A DNA stretch of 64,000 nucleotides, taken from positions 92,442,001 through 92,506,000 of the forward strand of contig NC_043002.1 of NCBI RefSeq assembly GCF_006345805.1, given 5' to 3'. The stretch is from Octopus sinensis. Lineage: Eukaryota. The notes under the pieces are model-generated. The model saw nothing but the letters and a program-made list of their open reading frames with translations, was not told the DNA's origin and did no database searches. Below are positions 37,640 to 51,710 of the stretch, one piece after another (position 1 is the first letter of the stretch; each line of letters begins with the position of its first letter). Made by a program: the position numbers and the translations under genes.

Positions 37640-39234
37640 CTTCTCGTTGCTTTTCATACCGTTTCTCATAAACTGAATTTCATGACATCCGACAGTTCAT
37701 TAAAGTTGGTCTCAAAATGCTTTGACTCAAAGTTTCGTCTAGTGCAGACAAAATGTGAAGCCTTAATTTTAAATGTAATTGCATCAGAGGCTGAATCTGA
37801 GGCCAAAATGATACTTTTTAGTATTCGATATAATAATACTGGACAGTGAGTACAAGTCAAATTTTTGGATATACACACTGTTCCAGTCGAGACGTCTGAG
37901 ATCATGACCAATACTTTATTCCTAATTATTGGATAATTAAGAGTTCACGGGAAAATTGTTAGATTTTGTGAAGACAACTGCAGCACAAATTTTGGTGGTG
38001 TACAATAAAAAGGCAATAACAATATATTAAAAACCAAACTTGAAAGGGATTTTGTTGGCATTGGCGGGATTGCATATAATGTGCATAAGGGTCTCCAAAG
38101 AGTTGTTGGTCTATTACCAACTGACATCAAAGCATTTACTATGAAAATTTTCATATAGTTTCATTTATGCACAAATCGTTCAACACTGCTCAAAAAATAT
38201 TGTGGCTTTGCCGGATTGGAATGTTTTGTCAGTGCTATTAACATTTTTACTGGCCTCAACTTTTTATTCTGTTCCCAAGAACACTGCCCGGGGGAAATGA
38301 TTTTGTAGAAATCTATTTATAGTTTGTACATGGACAGTTTAGCCCTTTCAACAAATCGATTCTGGCCATGGAGAAGGACAATTCCAATGCAGCAGATATC
38401 AAACTAGAAATTCCACATCTTTATATATAAAAGTGAAGTTGTGTGTCTGTCTCCTACGATTTAGATTCCTAACTACTCCCACATTTTGCGGTGAAGTTTA
38501 TCCAAAAGCGGGTATCTTATAGTCGTGATTCATAACGAGCTCTTCTGGGTATTAGCGCGCGTCTACGATGAGTCTACGATTTAAAAAAAAAATTACCATA
38601 ATTTTTCCACATTTTTAATGCATTTTCGCTCGATTTATATAAGGGAAGTAACTCTCTATAAATGCTTATATAGTTATTTCCCTTACAAACCCGAGCAACG
38701 CCGGGCGATACTGCTAGTCTAATTATAAATATAGAAGAAAGGAAAACTGTGAATTTGTGCCTCAAAATGCAAAAAGCGTTGCCGAGGAAACTGAAAGAAA
38801 ACAGTTAAAGTATTGAAAAAGTGAAGAACAGTGTCTTTCATATCTAGATTTATGAAAATAGAACTTTGAATCGGCTAAAAATTTTGCGTAGTTACATTCT
38901 GGAGATATATCTTTACCTAGTGTGGATCAGCCTGCAGTTAAGATCAACCAAAGGATTGAGAAGCAAATAATAAATATTGATCCAATATTTGATGAAGTTG
39001 TTATTGCGAAGATCTTTTGGGCTTTAAAAAAGTTTGGACAACATAGTATGAAGAAAAGTGGCGATTTCTTTTTGTCCATTGCAAAAAAAAAAAAAAATGC
39101 TTACTAATAAAAGCTCTTAGTACTATAATATAATGCATTCTTTCCTTTCCTTTAACTTCTTCACTAGATATGAGTGTTTTCCGGTAATAAATAATTTGTG
39201 GTCAGATAAGAGGGGCAAAATATGGCAAACGCTA
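37640..39234 (+). pseudogene. hAT transposase remnant interrupted by a Helitron
   Basis: TKCEALILNVIA, VQVKFLD.H.VP.ETS, FCEDNCSTNFGGV, GIG..A.NVH and LPTDIKA..MKIF motifs with stops and frameshifts. TIR-like end ATATGGCAAACGCTA at ~39220-39234. Confidence 0.65.
38418..38717 (+). mobile_element. Non-autonomous Helitron (300 bp)
   Basis: 5' A|TCTTTATATATAAAAG, 3' GC-rich hairpin CCCGAGCAACGCCGGG then CTAG|T; inserted between A and T with no TSD. Confidence 0.8.
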
Positions 39235-40283
39235 CAGTCAAAAACCGTCTGCTGACTAAACTAAACATTCCACTAAGCTGCTCAGAATTTTTTGACAAAA
39301 TTAAAATATGACAATGAATTTCTTAATTTCGAGTGTAAAAATATGAAAGTACTGATGGCTGAATGAAATATTACTTGACAATAAAAACATGTGTTTACTT
39401 TAATTTATTCTTAAATATTGCTTCCTACTTGACATTATTTTACATGCATGTGTTGTCAAGTAAAGAATAACTACTTTGTACATCTGTCTATTCCCAGTCT
39501 TTCTATGTCCTTCAACCAGACTCTCAGTCTTCTAAGTGATAAAGCCAAATCGTATATCTTACCAGCTCACACATAACACTTCAGTACTTTCAAGGAACTG
39601 ACTCCATGTCAAAAGAAAACACGCAGTTGTGTTAACCTTTAGCAGATTGTATTTTCTCTAGAACTGTTTCCCCCGCCACCTTTTGAGAACCGATGTTTGT
39701 ACTTTTGCCTCTTTGTAACTAAGCGGTTCGGCAAAAGAGACCGATAAATTACCAGGCTTTCAAAAAGTCCTGGGGTCGATTCATTCTTTCTGTTTCCGTC
39801 TACCAAATCCAGTTATAAGACATTGGCCTGCCCGAAGTTATGGTAGAAGACACTTGCCCAAAGTGCCACACTTCCCAACTACCCGGAATCATGGAGTTGG
39901 GAAGCAAACGTCTTAACACACACAGCCACGACAACGCCTATATGCCTAGGAATAACAACAGGTGTCTTTCGACTGAGAACGAATCAAATTGAGCTGGCGT
40001 ATTCGAAGTGAGAGCCTAAGGGCAGGAGATGGGTATAAGAAGTGTTGGCGGTCGGCGGTCAGGCCAAGAAAGAAAGATCATGGTTGTCCGGACAACGGTC
40101 ACGTGGAAATATATATATACACACACACACACACACCACATTCACACCACACACACACAAGTTTATCTCACTATCTAATAAGTTGGCTATATTGCAGTTA
40201 TATCCAAATTCACCTAGCTACTAACAGACTAGCTAGATATGCTTGTAACACAGTTGTACAAAAATTCCTCTACCCCATTTAAG

Positions 40284-40314
<31 letters not shown>

Positions 40315-40338
40315 GTATGTATTATGTATGTATGTATT

Positions 40339-40391
<53 letters not shown>

Positions 40392-40499
40392 TATATATAT
40401 ATGTATGTATATATATAGCTACACACACATTCATCTTTCTATTTAAGTAAAACGCCAACTAGCTACGCAAATATATGCCTAGCTATATAGACTATATTC

Positions 40500-40858
40500 T
40501 TAGCAGCCTCTCGTCGCTCGAGTTGCACTCCGCCGTCATGGAGTGGCCCGATTGACGTGCAGGGTACTGAGGCCCTTTTCCTTTTCTCTTCGTTCTTCGT
40601 GCTATTTTAGCCATAAGATGACGCCATCCCACTGACTGGGCGGGCAGGCCGATATTTTGTTGGATGGCCGTTGACTCTTCAGGAGTTCATCCGCTCTTTG
40701 TTGGGTCTTATGTTTCCATCCCACATGGAGTCCAACAGCACCCTCCTCACCAAGCGAACCTGGTGGGATTGTCAGTTTAGTCGCCGACGTCCCGACCATG
40801 CAACAGGTTGTACTGGATTACATGTTACCAGTAGCACTCTAGAGCGACCTGACATAAT
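40500..40858 (-). mobile_element. Probable 5' region of a second RTE-type element
   Basis: The minus strand starts GTCAGGT...TACTGGTAACATGTAATCCAGTACAACCTGT, sharing this motif with the 5' end of 27531-28194. Confidence 0.4.
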
Positions 40859-41814
40859 TTAAAGCAATATAAATATAGCTATCTAATATATAAATATTGC
40901 TATCTAATCTTCAAGTTACACGTTATTTTCAATGGATAAAATGTCATATTTATTTACTATATGTATATATTTTTTCTGTAGTGTTGTTGTGGCTGTTGTT
41001 ATTTAACCTCAGGTCAAAGCTCATCGAGATGAACTATGAACGTATCCTTCCGTCTATGATTATCCCCGGTAAACATTAGAGTCAACTTTGCAAACCTATG
41101 GCCCAAAACTGTCCAGCCGTGACCAGCGATTGGTCTAACAAGAACGCAATTCGGAATACATTAGTTAATGCATTCTTCTAAGTCGTAAGATGTCATTTTA
41201 GGAAGATTTAGTAGCTTTTCTTAGCAGATAGAACAATCAAGTCCCATCTCCATCGTTGAACATGATACCGTTAAATATGGTAATTTCTTCAAGTTGATAG
41301 TTGGAAATGGATCTAAAAAAATAGAACAAGGATTTGAATGACGATTCTCAAATTTCAGATTTATAGTTCCATAATCAAGCAACGTCCAGACATTATGGTA
41401 TATGCTTGGTTCCACTATAAAGATAATATTTGTGGAGGTCATCTTTTTGTGTGAAGTACGACATACGAGGTCAATATTGAATATGTCGATAAAACAAAAC
41501 TTCTTATTTCGGAAAGATAGGAAAAGTGGAGCAACACAACAAACTGATAGTATTTACTGGTGTTACAGTTTAGACCAATCGAGGCAACTTGCGGGGCGCG
41601 TGACTTTCTGATACGCCCCTGCCCTATGATGAGCTATGTCTCATGCGGCACGCTTCATAAAAAAATATTGCCCATGCCTGATTTAGAGCCTTACAGAGTG
41701 TCATTTGTCAAGTGCAGATTAAGTTGCAGATCAAACAGTGATGGAATGATCTGGTCTACCAATGGGTTGGGGGTTGGTGGCTCAATACACACACACGCAA
41801 AAACATCTATCTAC

Positions 41815-42199
41815 TCTCTTACTCTCTTACTTGTTTCAGTCATTTGACTGCGGCCATGCTGGAGCACCGCCTTTAGTCGAGCAAATCGACCCCGGGACTT
41901 ATTCTTTGTAAGCCAAGTACTTATTCTATCGGTCTCCTTTGCCGAACCGCTAAGTATCGGTTGTCAAGCAATGCTAGGGAGGCAAACACAGATACACAAA
42001 CATATACACACACACTTATATATATATACATACATACGACAGGCTTCTTTCAGTTTCCGTCTACCAAATCCACTCACAAGGCATTGGTCGGCCCGGGGCT
42101 ATAGCAGAAGACACTTGCCCAAGATGCCACGCAGTGGGACTGAACCCGGAACCATGTGGTTGGTTAGCAAGCTACTTACCACACAGCCACTCCTGCGCC
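41815..42199 (-). mobile_element. SINE family A
   Basis: Reverse complement of the family A consensus. Confidence 0.88.
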
Positions 42200-42484
42200 T
42201 ATATACATATACAAAGAATATAAAAAATACATAAAAAGGAATAATATATACAAACACACACGCACGCACGCACACGCACATATATATGATATGATACGAT
42301 GAAATTTCAAAAATATAAATGAATACAAATATATAACATATATACATATTGTTAGATGGCCTTTTACTGCTCATGATCTCCTCCGCTCTTTCACGCAATG
42401 TGTCCAATAGTTACCCTCTTCATCAAGCAAGCTCGGTGGGGTTAGCAGTGGCGCTCAAGGCACACACACACGCACATACGGTCT

Positions 42485-42590
42485 CCTTGTTTAAGTTGGT
42501 GAATGCTACCATAATCCTTGCCTTCAGTTCATCTTTGGTGTTACAAGGAGTTTTGTTGGTCTCTCGCTCAACTGGTCCCCACACATAATA
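42485..42590 (-). pseudogene. maT/DD37D-like transposase C-terminal fragment
   Basis: YYVWGPVERETNKTPCNTKDELKARIMVAFTNLNKETV. Confidence 0.75.
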
Positions 42591-42687
42591 ACCAACACGC
42601 ACACACCTATATATGCACATAGACGTTTACATATAAGTATCTGTAAAGATTGCATATATATATATTATATATATATATATATATATA

Positions 42688-42855
42688 GGCGCAGGAGTGG
42701 CTGTGTGGTAAGTAGCTTGCTTACCAACCACATGGTTCCGGGTTCAGTCCCACTGCGTGGCACCTTGGGCAAGTGTCTTCTACTATAGCCTCGGGCCGAC
42801 CAAATCCTTGTGAGTGGATTTGGTAGACAGAAACTGAAAGAAGCCCGTCGTATAT
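42688..42855 (+). mobile_element. SINE family A, 5' half
   Basis: Canonical head up to the internal (TA)n. Confidence 0.88.
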
Positions 42856-42925
42856 ATGACCATTCCATATGTATATATATGTATGTATATATGTATGTAT
42901 GTATGTGTGTACCTACAACCCCCCC

Positions 42926-42985
<60 letters not shown>

Positions 42986-43220
42986 ATGTGTGTGTGTGTG
43001 TGTGTGTGTATGTAGGAAATAAATCACAAGACAGCTGATAAGTGGTTCTATATAGTTTACAGTTTCACTATTCATCGTGGACTGTTCAACTGTGACAAAA
43101 GAATACTCAGACTAATATAAAAGGTGCTTTCCAGGCCAACCCAGGTGTCACCTAGCAGCAAGACAGGAAACGCTTGAAACATCAAAGTAATTTACTTCCT
43201 TTCTCCCCCCCCCTCTCTCC

Positions 43221-43257
<37 letters not shown>

Positions 43258-43753
43258 GCTTTCTCTCTCCCCCTCTCCTCTCTTCACATCTCTTTCTCTC
43301 TCAATGTCTCTCTCTCTCTCTCTCTTCGTCTAAGGCTTTCTTCTACCCCAGAGACAATATCGCACGTTTACACTCACGCACACACATGCACACACACGCA
43401 TACACATCCGCAGTCTGTGTGTATGTAGATAGATAGACAGACAGACAGACAGATAGATAGATAGATACATACATACATACATACATACATACATACATAC
43501 ATACATACATGCATACATACATACATACATACATGCATACATGCATACATACATACATACATACATACATACATACATACATACATACATACATACATAC
43601 ATACATACATACATACATCGACAGACATACAGAGTGCAGTGAAATATACTGACGTCTAAATTACGCAAAAATGAAAATAACATTGACATCTTATTTTAAC
43701 AAATATGTTTACCAAAATTACATAAAAATATCTTGAAATGCTAAAGAGTAAAT

Positions 43754-44364
43754 TTATTCAATAAAGTCGACATTAGCTTCAATCATGGCATCCAAACGAC
43801 TTCGGAATCTTCTGCAAATCTTCTACATGGCTTCCTTGTTTAATTTGGTGAATGCTGACATAATCCTTGCCTTCATGTTTGTTCATCTTTGGTGTTACAA
43901 GGAGTTTTGCTGGTCTCTCCCTCAGTTGCGCTCTATACATAATAATCAAAAGGTTATATATAGTCTTGGGAGTTAGGTGGCCAGATGTTAGGGGTGATGT
44001 GGTCGCAGAAATTGGGTTCTGGGTTCTCTTGCTTGTGTGGCATGGTGCAGAGCGATGTTGCCAGACACAGGGCCTCATCACCCAGTAGCCACCCTCATCA
44101 CCCAGGACAGCACTATCTCCTCCAGGCAATGGATGTAGGCCTCCGTGTTGATCTTAGGCCGCGTGGGAAGATGAATGGAGGCATAACGTCACCATCAGTC
44201 CCAATACCATGATGTTGACTAGATGTTTGATTTTTATCACTCTCGGTACATGCCCTCAGATTAACAGTCAAACACTCTGAAATGTTCATATTGGAGCTTC
44301 CGGCGCGAATGCCAAGCAGTACAGCATGTGGTTTCCAAATTTCTGGCAGATCGAATTGCGTCAT
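43754..44364 (-). pseudogene. maT/DD37D-like Tc1-mariner transposase, internally deleted
   Basis: N-terminus MTQFDLPEIWKPHAVLLGIRAGSS; catalytic region DGDVMPPFIFP, SAPCHTSKRTQ; ends EANVDFIE*; frameshifts. Confidence 0.8.
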
Positions 44365-45773
44365 GGTGCTTATGTCAATCTCCTATGTTCCTTCAGTCGA
44401 AAGGCACCTGTTGTTATTTTCTCGTATTTATATCTGTAATTGTGTACCATGTTCTCCGTGTTTTGTCTTTGTTGCCGTACACATTTGCTAGCTTTCTTAC
44501 AAAAAGGTCTAATGCTCTTAGCTTAGAATTTTTGGCGGGCAACCAGATCAAACTGTCTCAAGTGTAACTGCCCAAAACGGTTATGACTTCTGGTACTTGA
44601 CTGAGGAAAGAAGGCCATGAATGACCCGTCCTTTTTTGCCTGTCCTTCAAATTGTTGTTTCTCCTGTCCACCTTTGTATCGTCTATCTGCCCGAATGCTT
44701 TATTGTCTTCTACTGCGGTTTTGTTCCATTATGTGTGTGTGTGTGTGTGTGTGTGTGTCTTTTATTTTGTATTTGTTACAGTTACTGGACTGCGGCCAAG
44801 CTGAGGCTCCGTCTTGAAGGATTTAGTCGAACAGATCGCCTCCAGTATTTATTTTTATATCTGGTACTTATTCTATCGTTCTCGTTTACCGAGACGCTAG
44901 TTGCAGGAACGTAAACACATACACACGCACGCACACACACACACGCACACACACACACACACACACACACTCATATACATATATATATATATATATATTC
45001 ACAAAAGGGATGAGAGACATTAGATAGCTTAGAAAATTTTTCTTAATATAAAAGGAACTTTTACATTCCTATCTGTATGTCTGCGCATGTGTATGTGTGT
45101 GTGCGCGCGCGTTCATGCATGTTCGTGTGTGTGAACGTGTGTGTGTGTCTGAATGTGCACGAGCGCGCGTAAACCATGTATTTACAAGTGTTCGTACCTT
45201 GGTCTTTCAAAGGTCAACAGATCTCCTCCTCCTCCTCCTCTGACTAACCTATTAAGTACATGAGTATATTTGCGTATTTTTGTTTTAGCATTTGCCTGCT
45301 TGTAACTACTACGCTACTACACGCATTCGTGAGAGCGTGTCTGCGTACGCATGTTTATGGTATATCGGCCGTATAAACGACTTCGCTTAACACAATAAGA
45401 TTGCAAGAGTCTGATAGTCATGCCATGTTAAAGACAATGCCCAGATTACTTTTGGCATTATTATCTAGGAAGATATAAAATATTTTCTCCACTAACTGAT
45501 AGGATTGACAGAGAAACTCAACGGTGATTTACAACGCTTGAAACAAACAGTCTGTCTGACAAGTCAGCATTTGTGATACTGAATTTGTTGTAAAATCTGC
45601 GCTAAGAAAATCTATTTGGATAACGACTAAGTGCGCATACACCTAGAAGCTAAGTGACTGTCTGTCTTTTCGTTCCGGCACGTTTTTGTCTAATATAATT
45701 ACAGTTAAATATACACATACACAAAAATAGATGTTTGTATTTATATGTACATGTATTTGCATGTACCCATATG

Positions 45774-45838
<65 letters not shown>

Positions 45839-45843
45839 TGTGT

Positions 45844-45888
<45 letters not shown>

Positions 45889-46324
45889 TATATTAAATTA
45901 GAGATAAAACCACTATTAGGCAAATCAAACGATGAAAAACATAAGCCAATACATAAAATTAATTAATTTATATTATTTTAAATATATATCAAAAGTATTA
46001 AAAGTTTAATAAAAGATAATTTAATATAATATAATATAATATATTTATACTATAAAATTGGATTTAATCCTAAATCTGATTTTTCCCTGTAAGTTTGGAT
46101 TTATTCCCTAATATTTTATTATATATATATATATATATATATACGTATGTGTGTGCGTGTTATATGAATAGGTCTCAAATGTTGGCACAACGCCAGCAAT
46201 TTCGAGGAAGGAGTAAGTCGAAAAGATGAACGGCAAAATCGACCTCGGTAGAATTTGAACTCGGAATGTAGAAACGGACGAAATTCCACTAAAGTATTTT
46301 GCCCGGTGTGCTAACGTTTCTGCC

Positions 46325-46374
<50 letters not shown>

Positions 46375-46376
<2 letters not shown>

Positions 46377-46930
46377 GCCCTGATGCAGTACCAGGCAGTG
46401 GCTCTCATGGCTTCTGATCTTAACTGATTGGAAGTGTTATCATGTACATTGTTTTGTCTTGGTATAAAAGATGGGCTACAGCAAATATTCTGCTCAATAC
46501 CACAGATTTGCTTGTCAGTTGTTTGACCGTAACCAGTTGAGCATGTCTCTTAGTGGCTGACGATATGTGCATCTCTGATCACGAGCAGAAGTAGTGGGGG
46601 AGCATCATAGCCATGTGTTGAAAAGGATTCTTTGGGGTTTGAATAATTCACCTCTGGAAACATGGGTGTTTCGTTCAACGTCCTTAAACAACCCTTATTC
46701 AGGGACCTTTTGAGCGGGATGGGCTACTCAACCTGAAGAAAATTCTAACTGGGCTCCACCTGCAAGGTCATGTGCTGTTTATCTTGATATGAGATCACCA
46801 TGTCGCGCACATATGGTTGTGATGCATGTGCCTGGTGTACCCTTATCAGACGGGTAGTCATGATGGGTATACTGGGCTTCGTATATTTTCCCCCAGTGTC
46901 ACTTTGATGGCATGCTCTGCTCGCTCACTC
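46375..46930 (-). mobile_element. 556-bp interspersed element embedded in (AAT)n
   Basis: Pure AAT arrays on both sides (46325-46374, 46931-46998). A short copy of one end (…GCATCAGGGCATTT+ATT repeats) at 30958-31038 suggests that end is the 3' end. Confidence 0.6.
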
Positions 46931-46999
<69 letters not shown>

Positions 47000-47000
<1 letters not shown>

Positions 47001-47220
47001 CAAAATACTTTCTATGTAATCTCAAGTTTTAAAACAAACATACTTTTTGTCTTTTTTTTTGTTTTTTGTTTTTTGACATTCACTAGTACAACACTAAATA
47101 CAAAACCAAATATATGGCACACTAGGCATAACATCACGAACTTCCAACCTGTTGTCTCTTGAGGTCTCTGGGTGAGACTTGGAGCCAACTTGTACAAATA
47201 TAAAGCAAAAGTCAAACATA

Positions 47221-47222
<2 letters not shown>
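47000..47222 (+). mobile_element. Probable 3' end of an R4/Dong-like LINE embedded in (AAT)n
   Basis: Begins with an ORF-end-like ...AAAATACTT(T)CTATGTAA (KILSM*), then a UTR with TCTCTTGAGGTCTCTGGGTGAGACTTGG; AAT arrays on both sides. Confidence 0.5.
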
Positions 47223-47277
<55 letters not shown>

Positions 47278-47289
47278 GCAATAATGAAT

Positions 47290-48935
47290 GCGTTCGAAGA
47301 ACTGTCAAACAAAACGTATTCCATCTAATTTTCTCTGTAAGCTACTGAGGCTTGTGTTACTTTGTAACAATGAAGTTTGGATAAAGATTTTACCACCAGA
47401 CGAGGAGTTGCGGCATGGGTGCCCCCATGGCAGTTAATTTCGCTAATGTCTTCATGGTAAAATTCGGGATACAGTTACTGCAAACATTCAAATCCCTACG
47501 TGACCATGAACCAATACTCTGGTTACGGTTCATTGATGACGTCTTTTTTGTCTGGGAAGGATCACAACATACTTTAATTGACTTCTTTCATTTCTGTGAC
47601 AGTAGTTTTTTCGAAAACTAGCGTTAAATTTTTAGATTTTGAATTTCCTCACCTGCCTACTTATAGCCTTTAGACGAAATAAAAAATATAAGAGAGCTAT
47701 TAAACCTCTGCTTCTAACTTTAGGAAAACTAACATTGGAGTTTCTGTGCGCAGAATCTTGAAAAACCACCGTAAAAGACCACCTTGTTCATTGTGCAATA
47801 ACATGTGTCAAGTCGATTCCATCAGGAATCGTAACAGAAATGTTATGATTGACACGGAAGGTGGGACATGTAGAGAGATTCCCATTTGGTGTACGCAGCA
47901 GAATGCACCAGAAACAATTTGATTTATGTTGGTTGTACAACAGAACAAGGATCTTTTCGGTTTGAACGGCAGTTCTTAACATAATTTCTAGGTAACTAAA
48001 AAATTTTAAACTTCGTATACTGGTAGAATGTGTTTATAAAACATCTTTTTCTCTTTGCTTTATTGAGAAAATTCTATAGTTTGTAAGATATTTGTTGTTG
48101 TTTTTTCTTCAATTTCTGCAATTTCAACCAATCACTGACGTCCATTGAGGTAAAAAAAACATTCTGTGCCGTATGAATATGTCCCTCGTTTAAGAAACAT
48201 ATTGGGTTTATTTACATTTGTGAATAAAAAAGATACCCTTCCCCCCACCCCTAACCCTAACCCTAACTAACCCTAACCCTAAAATGGATTGAAATGCAAT
48301 AGATCGATACTAGGGTCATAATTATGGGTGACAATTTCATATGACACCGCTAGAAAAAACTGCCGTTCAAACCGAAAAGATCCCAGAACAATTAAACGAA
48401 AGACTAAATGGGCACAGATATGACGTTTGGCGCAATAACGGTAGTTCGACAGAACTTGCCGGGCATTTTACATCAAACCGCTGCAATTTTGAAAAAGACT
48501 TGAAAGTGCATATTCTCAGAAAATATTATGAATCTGCTACACTTTCAGTCCCCAAAGAGAATGAGGAGAAATATCTATGTGAGTTATTAACATCAGGTCC
48601 TGGAGGGATGAATGATATGACAGGATAATTTCATCATATTTTCACATAACTGTTTGATTATTCTTCTTTTACCTTTTCTTTTTTTTCTTTCTTTTTCCTT
48701 TTGCCAGTTGTAAACTTGAAAAATAAAGACTAATGACATCGTTCCATGAACGTGGGAACGCTGGTTACCTCGTTCAAACTTTGAACTTGAATTTCTATAA
48801 TTTTGAATTTCTATGAATCACTTTTCATTTTGAACTCGACAAAGACAGGCTAAGATAGCTGTCGAAATATCGCTCTACCAATAAAACATCTATTGCAGTC
48901 GCATCGCGCTTTTCATATTGTCTATTTACCTTTGT
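47290..48935 (+). mobile_element. Penelope-like retroelement remnant (RT plus GIY-YIG endonuclease), interrupted by MITE copy 3
   Basis: RT: YHQTRSCGMGAPMAVNFANVFM...WLRFIDDVFFVW. Endonuclease: RDSHLVYAAECTRNNLIYVGCTTEQ|LNERLNGHRYD...GPGGMNDMTG*. Degenerate HHR-like GACAG...CTGTC-GAAA-TAT-C at ~48838-48872. Confidence 0.85.
47949..48383 (+). mobile_element. MITE copy 3
   Basis: Same TIRs; exact 8-bp TSD CAGAACAA (47941-47948, 48384-48391). Confidence 0.92.
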
Positions 48936-48964
48936 GAGGAGTTACGTCAATCTTTTAAAATTTA

Positions 48965-49220
<256 letters not shown>

Positions 49221-49410
49221 TTTCTATTAAAGGCACAAGGTCGGAAATTTGGTGGGAGGGGATGAATCGATTACATCGAACCCAGTGTTTCACTGGTACT
49301 TAATTTCCCGAAAGGATGAAAGGCAAAGTCGACCTCGGCAGAATTTGAATTCAGCGTATAGACGGACGAAATGCCGCTAAAGCATTTTCCCAGCGCACTA
49401 ACTATTCTGC

Positions 49411-49464
<54 letters not shown>

Positions 49465-49758
49465 GGGCAGCAGTTGTGGGAGAGGGGATGAGTTGATTAC
49501 ATCGATTCCAGTGTTCAAATGGTACTTATTCTTTCAACCCAGAAAGGATGACAGGTAAAGTCAACCTCGGCGGAATTTGAACTCAGAACGTAGCGACGGG
49601 CGAAATAATGCTAAGCATTTCGTCTAGCATTTCGTCTCGATTCTGCTAGCTCGCCGCCTTAATAATAATAACAATAATGATAACCATCATCATTATTATT
49701 ATTATTATTATTATCATTATTATTATTATTATTATTACTATTATTATTATTATTACTA

Positions 49759-49804
<46 letters not shown>

Positions 49805-50404
49805 CATTATTATCATTATTATTATTATTATTATTATTATCATTATTATTATTATCATCATTATTTGTAATTTATAATTCAACTAAACCTAGAATATTAA
49901 CAAAATTATCAAAATATTTGTCTGCAATTATCTCGTTGAAAAATGGAAGAAGATACGAAGCCTAATAGAGTAATAATTAATAGAAACAGAAAGACAGTGA
50001 GGAAGAGTATTAGTGCGTGATTGTCACTAATTATTTGTTTAAGATTATGGGAGAGAGAAGTAGCGTTGAACGGAAGGTTATGAAAATTCATAACAAGAGG
50101 CTAAGATTATCAAATTACAAAAATACTCTGAGAGCGGTTAGTACAGAAAAATAATGAACTTGGCGGGGGTTAATGAAAAAAGATGTCAGTTCTGCTCCTA
50201 TATACTAATTATATTACATCTTGCTAATTTATGTTTATTTTTATGCTTATTTATTTATTTATTTACTTGGTTGTTTATTTTTCAATTTTTTTTTTTTAGC
50301 TTCTCCTTTAACAAAGAGACATATTCGTGTGTGTGTATGTATGTATGTGTATGTATGCCTATATCTGTGTAAAGGTTGAAGTGTGTCAGTATATATCTAT
50401 GTAT

Positions 50405-50630
50405 AAGGCGGCGAGCTGGCAGAATCGTTAGCACGCCGGGCGAAATGCGAAGCCGTATTTCGTCTGCCGATACGTTCTGAGTTCAAATTCCGCCTAGGTC
50501 GACTTTGCCTTTCATCCTTTCGGGGTCGATTAAATAAGTACCAGTTACGCACTGGGGTCGATATAATCGACTTATTCCGTTTGCCTGTCTTGTTTGTCCT
50601 TTCTGTGTTTAGCCCCTTGTGGGTAGTAAA
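50405..50630 (+). mobile_element. SINE family B, full length
   Basis: Head AAGGCGGCGAGCTGGCAGAATCGTTAGC to ...TTGTGGGTAGTAAAA with poly-A. Confidence 0.9.
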
Positions 50631-50659
50631 AAAAAAAAAAAAGTATATATCTATGTATT

Positions 50660-50698
<39 letters not shown>

Positions 50699-50850
50699 AA
50701 CTGGACTAACGAAAGAAAACTCCGAATGACTTGTCCTTGTTTTCACTTGTTCCTTTTTGTATCATCTATCTGGATATCTTGGTGTCGCCTGTTGCGTTCT
50801 TGTTCCAATTTTTGATTCTTTATATATATATATATATGTGTGTGTGTGTG

Positions 50851-50884
<34 letters not shown>

Positions 50885-51269
50885 GTGCGTGTGTGTGTGT
50901 GTATGTGCATGCATGTATGTATATCTATCAGCTTCGAACGAATAAAGAAATTCTACTATAAGTGTGTGAATGTGTGTGTGTGTGTGTGTGTGTGTGGTTC
51001 TGTGTGAGTAAATATTTAAATGCCAACATGTAAGCTTCGTTAGCAACAGATAACTGGCTTTCAATTGGTCTCGACGAATCATATGCTAGTAAATTTCAGA
51101 ATCTTTACCTCTGCTTTTGTACAATACAAATTTAGCATTAATTCTAGAGTATAGTACGAACACGTTTTCATTGATATACACTTAAACATAAACCTTTTCA
51201 CTTAAAATACCTTTCAGTATATTTCTGGGACCTAGAACCCTCAAAATAATCAGAAATATTTATTCTTTT

Positions 51270-51655
51270 ATTCTTTTACTTGTTTTAGTCATTTGACTAC
51301 AACCTTACTGGAGCACCGCCTTAAAGGGTTTTAGTCGAACAATTCGACCCCAGGACTTATTTCTTAAGCTTAGTACTTATTCTAATGAGTATTTTTTGTC
51401 GAAACGCTAAGTTATGGGGAAGTAAACACGCAGGCACCAGTGGCCAAGCGGTGATGGACAAATACTGACACACACACACATGTATATGTATATATGACGG
51501 GCTTCTTTAAGTTTCCGTCTACCAAATCCACGCATAAGGCTTTGATCGACCCGGCAGTATAGTAGAAGAAATTTGCCCAAGGTGCTACGTAGTGGGACTG
51601 AACCCGGAACCATATGATTGAACAGCAAGCTTCTTACCACACAGCCTCGCTTGCG
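51270..51655 (-). mobile_element. SINE family A, diverged
   Basis: Family A motifs on the minus strand. Confidence 0.75.
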
Positions 51656-51679
51656 CATATGTTTTCTTATTTTTTTTAT

Positions 51680-51710
<31 letters not shown>

